Source: Bigelowiella natans CCMP2755 (Eukaryota; Protista; Cercozoa). Taken from it: 58,702 nt of DNA. Below, piece after piece: positions 50,478-58,702 of this stretch. Position numbers and translations under genes: made by a program. Below the pieces are notes generated by a model, which made no database searches, was not told the origin of the DNA, and saw only the letters and a list, made by a program, of their open reading frames with translations. Within the stretch, counting starts at the first letter, position 1; every line of letters starts with the position of its first letter. The DNA lies in the NCBI GenBank assembly GCA_000320545.1, contig ADNK01003008.1, positions 1-58,702 of the forward strand. The letters run 5' to 3'.

Positions 50478-51569
50478 GGTGTTTTTATCCACACCGACGT
50501 TGATCCTTGAAAAGAGTGGCCGGGGGTTGCAAGTTGAAGGGTGGAGAGGGTGCCACTGAACTGCTTGCTTCCCGAGGAGCTCAGCCGATGTTTTCCGGGG
50601 CTAACGCGCGACAAACCAAGAGAAATAGAACAGCAGTACCGTGCAGGGCCTTTTCTCTCTACGTCAATAAAATGGAACAAATTTTGCAATCTTACACTGA
50701 ACGTATGGCTGTCGGGAAAAAATGGATTATGGAGTGCCTTTCATTGATGCGGCAGAGGGATAGGTGTCCGAAACTCGAATTTTTAGAACGCTAAAAGGAA
50801 TTATCCAAAAATATACTTTGCGACTGCTACTTTGTCAAGTCGTAATTTGCTAAAGGACCTTCACTCATTCGCATCCAGATCGGTTCTTTAAAGGCTACGT
50901 AATTCCGCATTTAAAAACCGGTTATGTCCTATATCGGTGGTGAAATACAGGCGATTTAGATGTTGGAGGAATGCAGTTTACTAAAAGTTGGTAATTCCTC
51001 CTAAAACACATGACGGATCATTCGTACCACAGCCAGTTGCCACGTCTTGGCATAAAATTACCCTTGCTACATCGCAGCCTCCTGTACCGTTGGCAGAGCT
51101 CCTCTTCCAATTCGAGATTGAATAGTAAACTGCAATCTATAATATATTAGATGTTTTATCGATATATATTTTTCTAAATGTACCATCCGCAAAAAAGAAG
51201 AACTGGTGTACGCCATATCTCTCAAACCTCCCCAGGCACGTAGATCGGTTGGTGCCCCTCACAGTTGCAATAGCGTGCTATTTACCCTCCCCACCGAGAG
51301 CAGACACAAATAATTTGCTTTAGCATAATATCTTTGCAAGCCCTCAAAAATCTTTTGGCAAGGTGCTGATTCGGTCATGCCTCGATGAGATGTGCGCGTG
51401 ACGTGGTGTGTTGCTCGCTCAACTGACCGTTCATCTTGGCCAAAATGCCTTCAGGAGCCATAGTGTCCTTCATTCCTAGTATTTTCCCAGCACATTTTCC
51501 TTTGATACGCCTTGATGCATCTTCTCCCTTCCAATTTTGACCCGCCACAGCACAAACCAAGGGAACAAG

Positions 51570-53999
51570 ATGCTAACCTCCTCCTATGGCTCGACGTCGG
51601 GACCTCTCCGTAGACACTCGCAAAAGAGCGGGGGCATGACCCGCATGCGCCTCCTCCTTCATTGTTTGTGCTCTGCGGCACTCTCTTCCATGATTTTAGT
51701 CGCTGTGTTTGACGAGTCACGTGCTCAGTTGTCCTCTCCGGCAACGATGAGGTCCGCGCGAGTGCATGCTGCTCCCCAATTCCAATCATTTCGCCAGCAG
51801 TTCTCCTCTCCCCGTGCGGCTTCCGCTGCTCCTCACTTTGGAAGGTATGTGTAGCTGTTGTGTTGTGGCATTGCACGGCACGCGTGTGCTCAACATTCGG
51901 CGTGTTGAACATGATTCGTACGTCTTTGTGGGTTGTGACTGCTCGATTATCATGACCAAATCACACACACACACGCGCGCGCGCGCGCGCACACTCACTC
52001 ACTTACATCTTTTGTATCGCTCCATCTCCGCCTTCCTGCGCCTCCTTTTATTACATCAATTACAACCAGACTCCATCTCTAAATGTTAATGTTTCCAAAT
52101 AAATAGCTCATCTTCCTTCACTACAAGTCCCCGTCACACTGGCCCTGCAAGCTACGGCCGCTTCTCAACCTCTTCCTCCTCTTCTCCTTTCCGCGTACAC
52201 GCTGATGACACATCCTCGATGAAAGCGGGAGGCTTCAACACAGCAGGGGAGGCTCCTTTCGAAATCAGAGGATTCTCCCTAGGAAATGCCGTTCTTGGGG
52301 TAGGATCATTGATCTTAGCAGCTTCCTTCTCGTCGTTTTTCCGCGGTGACTCTTCAGGAGGTTCTGGAATCGGATTTGTCTACGGTGTACCCATCATGCT
52401 CATCGGTGATATAGCAGCAGCAGCAGCAGCAGCAGCCCCACTCCCCTCCCCCCCCCTCTCCCTAAAACCCTACATCATTTTAATTCCTCGATTTGGTTGC
52501 TTGGGTGCGGGTCTTTTTTGGTTCTCCATTCTTTGTCGAGAGCGTCATCATCATCATCATCATCATCATCATCGGTATCTAACGAATAGCACAACCACCA
52601 GGATTCGCTCTGAAGTATGCAGAGCTTGAACCTGTTCCTCTTGTGTCTGATATGGAAGCTTCGAGGTAGTTGCCACCCCCCGCTAACCCTCCCCCCCCCC
52701 CCCTTCCTCCGTGTTGTTCATTTTATGATTTCCTGGATCCCATTCCCTCCCCTACCAGTTTGTTCGAAGTAAAAGCTACAGAGAATCTTAAGAAGATGAA
52801 GAGCGACGTCACACGACACAGGTGGTGGTAGATAATCGTGCAGCATATATCGAGCTAGTTTGAGCTGAATAGCAGCAGTCAGCGTGGTGGTCAGTACTCG
52901 TGTTATAATACTATTTTACATCTCCACAAGCTCAACCTTCTCAGTTCTTGACGAAAAACAGAAGAAGATGAAGAGTGCAAACGCACGATGATGATGATCC
53001 TCGAGCATGCACACATTCAAATCGCTGAGCTACATATTGTTGTGGAATGTATGGTGATACGATAGATACGGTGACGAAGCACATATGGACACTGCCCTCA
53101 AGGCTCTTGGCTTGTGGGTAGCTGGAAAAGCCCCTCCAAAGCTTATCAGAATTAAGGAACAAGCACAGGTTACACAACCTCCTTCCCCCCCCCCCCTCCG
53201 TTTCCTCCAGGCTCTCAGCAGGAGTGCGAGTGTGGATGTATTTCGATCTCATTATATTGCCCGTTATCGTCATCATCGTCACTCCATACTTCGCTGCTCT
53301 TTCTCTCGTACTTCTCAGGCTGGGGAGCTTGCATTTACCATGTACTTCAAGGCAGGAGGTCCCTCCCTAATCCCCCTCTCTCTCTCCCTTTCTCTCTCTC
53401 TCCATCTCACAACACGAATAACTAATCGTGCAAGATGAATGAATGCATGAATGAGCGCTCTAACTTAGCCCCCCCCCCCCCCCACCACCACCACCTTTAT
53501 CCCTCTGCTGCCAGGTACCCCTGTGGAGATGTGGACTGACCCACTCATGAAGGTCTAGGAGCATCCATCACAACTATAACTACGACGAGGACGAAGGGGG
53601 GACTAGGGGGAGGAATGATGCTTTGATATCGAGCAAATGCATCATTGAAACCATCCAATCACTAATATGCATTGTGGATATGTGTGTGTATGTGTGTTTG
53701 TGCGTAAAATTACGACAGATTCGCTTGGAAAAATTCTTCGGCCCCGGAATCAACGCAGCGGTAAGAGGCGGAAGGAAAGGGAGGAAGGGGGGGGGTTGGG
53801 GGCGTGACTATTGTGATTATTATCCCCACAACATCATGTGCACTAGTACCACAAAACTAACATGCAGATGTGTGGGATGTGGGTCTATGCGTGCGCGTGT
53901 GATTAGGTAGAGCCAATGGAGACGGAAGGAGGAGAAGTGATGACGGTTACTTTCAAGACAGGGGCATCGGCCATTGCAGGTGGGGGATCAGTGACGTAG
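51570..53999 (+). CDS. APE1: DUF2854 thylakoid protein (APE1/Slr0575-like) with bipartite plastid-targeting leader
   Basis: GFSLGNAVLGVG...GIGFVYGVPIMLIG/FALKYAELEPVP, SDVTRHR/YGDEAHMDTALKALGL and RLEKFFGPG. Leader is hydrophobic (LLLHCLCSAALSSMILVAVF) followed by an S/R-rich transit-like segment. Confidence 0.9.
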
Positions 54000-54173
54000 C
54001 AGCATTACAATCAATAGCATAGCAGCAGAAGATCCTTCCGACTGCTCGCCACATGCTGTCGCGTACGCGTGCGACTTCAAATTCGGCGTGCAATGACCAG
54101 TTATCGTCGAAATGCAGCACGAAACAAGAATGCTTGAGAATGTTACCCCTCCCCCCTTCTAGTTTTTAGAGCG

Positions 54174-54483
54174 ATGTATCTGAACCGTAGCGAAAGGGGT
54201 TGTAATTTGTGAAACTACCCCTCCTCTTGAGCATCATTTGCCCTGCTCACATCCTCTCCTACCTCCTCCCCCGCCCCCCCTCTTCATCATCGATGTCATA
54301 GGCGAGGAAGAGAAGAACGAAGTGGAGAGGGTTCGACCTAACAGCTTATACAACAACGCCGATTGCATTACTACTACCGAGAATCATTACTTTTGTCGTT
54401 AATCCTCTCTCACGCTATTAGACGAAAACACACAGAAATGTGAAACGTGTTAATTTATAGGAATATGTGAATACATATATGTA

Positions 54484-54554
<71 letters not shown>

Positions 54555-55318
54555 TTGTTTATAATAATGCAATCTCTCCCCACCAACGAAGGTGGAAGAC
54601 GGTTCCATGATTTCCGTAAAGCTAGCTGAGAAACCCCTCGGTGCGGTCATTTCAGAAGCTGATACTCTTGTAAAGAGTGTTAACGCAAAGGTACACAAAT
54701 GAACATACAAACACACACACAAACTTGTTAGTGCACGATAGAACATCTTCCACAGCAGTAACCCTTCCCCCCCCCCCTCTCTCTATCTAGGCGGAAGGTC
54801 TCGGTATCAAGCCTGGAATGCGTATTCAGGCCATCAACGGTAAGGGTCAATCGTGGGAAATGCAGTTGGATGGGGTGTGAGAGCCTTGGGGGGAGGGATG
54901 CCTGAGTCAATCCTGCGATGAATGGAAGTTAAGAGAAGTGTAGATTTTAACTCGAATATTCTTCGCCGTAGCTGCACATCCAAAGTGCTTTTCAGAAAAA
55001 AAAACAAATCTTGAAGTATGCACGGTTGGGTGGTGCTGTTTTCGGGTGCCAGCAGCCTTCTCTATAGCCGTGCCCATACGCTCGTGATGATAATGACGAC
55101 GACGACGACGACGACGACGATGATGATGATGATGATGATAACAGGCTACAAGGTCACGAAGCTTAACTGGCTGCAAGCATATAAGACGTTTGAGACGCCG
55201 ATGAGTATCGACTTTTGGGTTCCTGAGGATCTTCGGTGAGCGCTGTGTGATGGCAGCATGGAGAATGCCATTGCTTAGAAAAAAGAATAAATAGTAAAAT
55301 GTATCCATGTGCGTGTGC

Positions 55319-55368
<50 letters not shown>

Positions 55369-55424
55369 GCGAATTATATAACAAGCGAAGAATTAGTAGA
55401 GGTGTTTCTTGCTTTCTCCCCCTC

Positions 55425-55464
<40 letters not shown>

Positions 55465-55638
55465 TGTACAAATTCGACCTGAGGGTAAAACAGCTATCGA
55501 CGCTTGGGAAAAATACCAGACGTTTTTGCTTATGTAAATGCTATATCTAACAAGTTTCCTCTCCTCATTTCTTCTTCTTCTTCTTCTTTTTCTCTCCGAA
55601 GGGATCCTGTTGCAAAAGCTCCAGCTGAGGACCTATAG
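54174..55638 (+). CDS. Small PDZ-like domain protein, about 6 exons
   Basis: Spliced ISVKLAEKPLGAVISEADTLVKSVNAK/AEGLGIKPGMRIQAING/YKVTK fits the PDZ pattern. Ends DPVAKAPAEDL*. The start is uncertain. Confidence 0.7.
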
Positions 55639-55659
55639 AGGCTCAATGTGCATCCAAAC

Positions 55660-55698
<39 letters not shown>

Positions 55699-55747
55699 AT
55701 AAACGATGGCAATAGCGTTGCTTTGAATAGCTGACATTGCACTGTCA

Positions 55748-55788
<41 letters not shown>

Positions 55789-56219
55789 ATACTTTGACTC
55801 CACGCAGTTCGGTCACTGCTCTCAAGGAGCTGCGTGCGTTGTTGATGTCCATCATGCGCTTACGTATTGGCTGCGCTCATCTGTAGCGGCGCATCTAGCT
55901 AGCTAGTGTGCATGCTTGCATGTGGAATGTACAGCTATATATATTATGATGATGAGATGAATTAGTATTTACCCTCTAGCGCACGTGTAGCCCTGCATGC
56001 TAGCAGGATGACTGATACATCGTGAGCTAAAGTATAACGCACTTGCATAGCAATGTTGACAGCCCAACGCATCACTGTGGTGTATACGTGATGTTGCGTG
56101 ACGAGTGGATGAAGCTTTCATTTGCGTCATTGGTTGTATCCCATACATGCGTAAAATGTGCTACGTTTATAATGGACGTTGTGAGACTGTCTAGACTGTG
56201 TGTTTGCATTGTGTGCAAG

Positions 56220-56960
56220 ATATGTGCACTCTGACATCTGCATCTGCTCTAGTATTGCAAGCTTGCGCTGTCAAGCTAGCTAGCTAGCTAGCAGCTATTG
56301 AATATGAATCACATGCTGTACTTAAACGAGCTGTGCATCTCAAGAATCTTGGATTCCTTCCGTCATCTTCGATCACCGGCATCCAACTAAAACTTCCAAG
56401 TGTCGCTACATCATGGATGCGCGCCATCTGTGGTGTTGGCAATCTTGGAAAATTCATGTTTTCACGTGGACAATGCACAGAGACAGATGCCACGTGCGAT
56501 GCACGTGGCATCCTGAAGGACATGGATCATCTCGGCTCCTGCAATGTCCAACACACAGTCGAGAACAAATCAGATTGCGCAATCAAATGAGCGCAATCAT
56601 GAATCGCAACGACGATACGAACCGGCTGACAAAGGCTGAAAAAGACTCAAGAACTGTTGCGCGCAGCGCGCGACAACATCGGTCGCATGAGGACGCTTTC
56701 AAATGCATGAAGCACGTGGTGGCAGAAACCAACAGACACAACATTAGCGCTGTAGCCGCTGCATTGCTAGATTGCACAGCTACATCCGGATGACCATTGA
56801 AAAAATTTGATTCTTCATTACATCCGTCTCACATGTTAAGGACACGGCATGTGATCATTGCACTCATAATCGAAGATATCGAACGTTGTTCTGTGAATGA
56901 ATGAATGCATGCATGCATGGCAGCGTCTGCGAGTGATGATGATGGCGACTTTAATTGCCA
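56220..56960. other. TpA-depleted island with (GCTA)n at its edge
   Basis: Long TA-free runs between 56410 and 56740. gctagctagctagctagc at about 56275-56292. Confidence 0.7.
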
Positions 56961-57004
56961 CGATAGCACCTGCCCACCAAGCTGCTATCCCCTCAATAAA
57001 GTAA

Positions 57005-57312
57005 TCACTTGTCCTTTCTTCCCAAGATGCTAAGTCGGATTGGAGAGCTGCGGAAGGGTAAGTAGGACTTCATTAGACTATGAAACAGATTCCAGAAATA
57101 TACAATATATATATATATATATATATATATCTAATCTCAGTTTGAGAATCTACTACCCTCTATATCCGAAGTTTTCTCTTAACATGTCTTCGAGCCCCTC
57201 CTTGAATTCATGCCGTATCTACAAAGGAGGAAATGAAGATGAGGAGGAGGAGCAGGAGGGGGAGGAGGAATCAAATTAATAATCTATATATGAAATTTAT
57301 TTTCACACACAT

Positions 57313-57387
<75 letters not shown>

Positions 57388-57523
57388 AGCGCAGGATGGC
57401 ATTATTTCAAATGTCATCGATGACCAAGGAGACGTCATTGAATCGAATCTCAAATGTAGGCGGGTTGTTGGATTTCTGTAACGTGCAAACAATTTAAGCT
57501 CGTAAGTCTTATATCAAAACAAA

Positions 57524-57565
<42 letters not shown>

Positions 57566-58315
57566 CATAGCACTAAGGAGTAAGACACGTGCAGCGAATA
57601 TCATGATACGAATGCGAATACGGGTGCATTTGCTTCAAAAGGAGAGCAAAAACGCAAGAACATCCAACCTGTACGGCAAACAGAAAATTGAGCTGTTTGC
57701 CCTCCTTGTTCCTAGGGGGACGGTTGTCCCTCGTGTACTCGTCCACAACACGCGACTTTTCATTAAAGAAGAAGAAGAAGAAGAAGAAGAAGAAGAAGAA
57801 GACAATGAGTAAATTCCCAGATGACTTACGCACATTGGAACAAAATCTGTGTTATGATCTTCGTTCTCTTCTTCTTTTTCTTTCTCTTCCTTGCGTCCCA
57901 GATGCAGCAGCAAAGGCAGCAAGCACAAGCAGCAGTAACGACATCGACAAAGGCCTAGCACCACACCAAAAGGGTAACGACCACAATATTTGACCCAGCA
58001 GCAGCATCAACGACGGATCTTACCAAGATGCTAGTTGGGATAACCTTCAGACGTGATTCATGCACCTGGCCAAAACCGCAAAATGCAATTATATAAAGAA
58101 TATCTAATATACCATATGTTATATTTCGTCGTTGGCTCAATTGGACATATGTGGTTAGGCCTGACTTTGATGGCGAGGGGTACTAGTCGCTGCACGTTCC
58201 TTCTCTCCGAGGCGGACGTGAATACCACCGGGATGTACCTGATCACGATGATGATATAATGCGCGTCGCGTGTTTGGGGGAGGAAAGTCAGGAGGGAAAA
58301 ACCATGAGAATAGAT

Positions 58316-58354
<39 letters not shown>

Positions 58355-58702
58355 GATGTTTGGGAGAGAGTTGGGGTTTCATACCAGAAATTAGTGTCAC
58401 TGAAGTATTTTATTTAGATCTCCTTCATCAACCCCCCCCCCCCCCCCTCTCATTCGTCAGCGACAACTGGAACATCCTCCACGATGCACTTCTAGCACCA
58501 CTTCTACTACTAGTACTAACACTTCTGCTACTAATAGTAGTACTTTTCCAATGGCGGAAATCGATCTGCCAGCCATGTCAAATACCTGTGTTAAGAGTGC
58601 GCGTACCACGGATCAGATGTTAAATCTCCTCCGCCCGACGAAAAGGCCCAAACCATGTTATTCTTGGAAAATAAAAAGAGAAAATAGGGGGGGGGGGGGG
58701 GG
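57005..58702 (-). CDS. der: GTPase Der/EngA, 3' part (KH-like C-terminal domain); 5' part lies outside the window
   Basis: Spliced YIPVVFTSASERRNVQRL.../RPPRNKEGKQLNFLFAVQ/KSNNPPTFEIRFND.../GLEDMLRENFGYRG/SPIRLSILGRKDK* matches the EngA C-terminus (PP...YxxQ...PPTF...LExxLRxxFGFxGxPIRL). Confidence 0.85.

Noticed and set aside
58380-58440. Apparent in-frame TAA in a candidate Der exon
   Set aside because: An alternative acceptor (cttcag) avoids it. Exon boundaries near the window edge are unresolved, so pseudogenisation is not claimed.
1-58702. CRISPR arrays, tRNA/rRNA genes, telomeric repeats, intact transposons
   Set aside because: None recognisable by eye. All regular repeats are microsatellites or two-copy duplications.

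Overview
Nuclear DNA of a photosynthetic eukaryote with a complex plastid. Two genes (FAD4-like, APE1/DUF2854) carry signal-peptide plus transit-peptide leaders without an ASAFAP motif, so a chlorarachniophyte is the best guess (inference). Three kinds of sequence alternate. (1) Intron-dense housekeeping genes whose short introns are filled with microsatellites: a 16-exon mitochondrial carrier, an NHL-repeat protein, a TPK-like two-pore K+ channel, FAD4, APE1, a PDZ protein, Der/EngA and several hypothetical genes. (2) Intron-poor or intronless genes and pseudogenes: APH-1, a kinase-RING-Rcat fusion, a divergent frameshifted histone H3, an ADP/ATP carrier, a WWE-PARP and a kinase pseudogene. 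(3) Intergenic islands of about 0.3-1.7 kb in which the TpA dinucleotide has almost disappeared except inside CTAG, while TG, CA and CG are abundant. Diverged local duplications differ mainly by TA/TG/CA/CG swaps. This suggests a region-targeted, RIP-like A:T->G:C mutator acting on 5'-TAH-3', which is the best candidate for an undescribed system here. All exon structures and counts were done by eye and are approximate.
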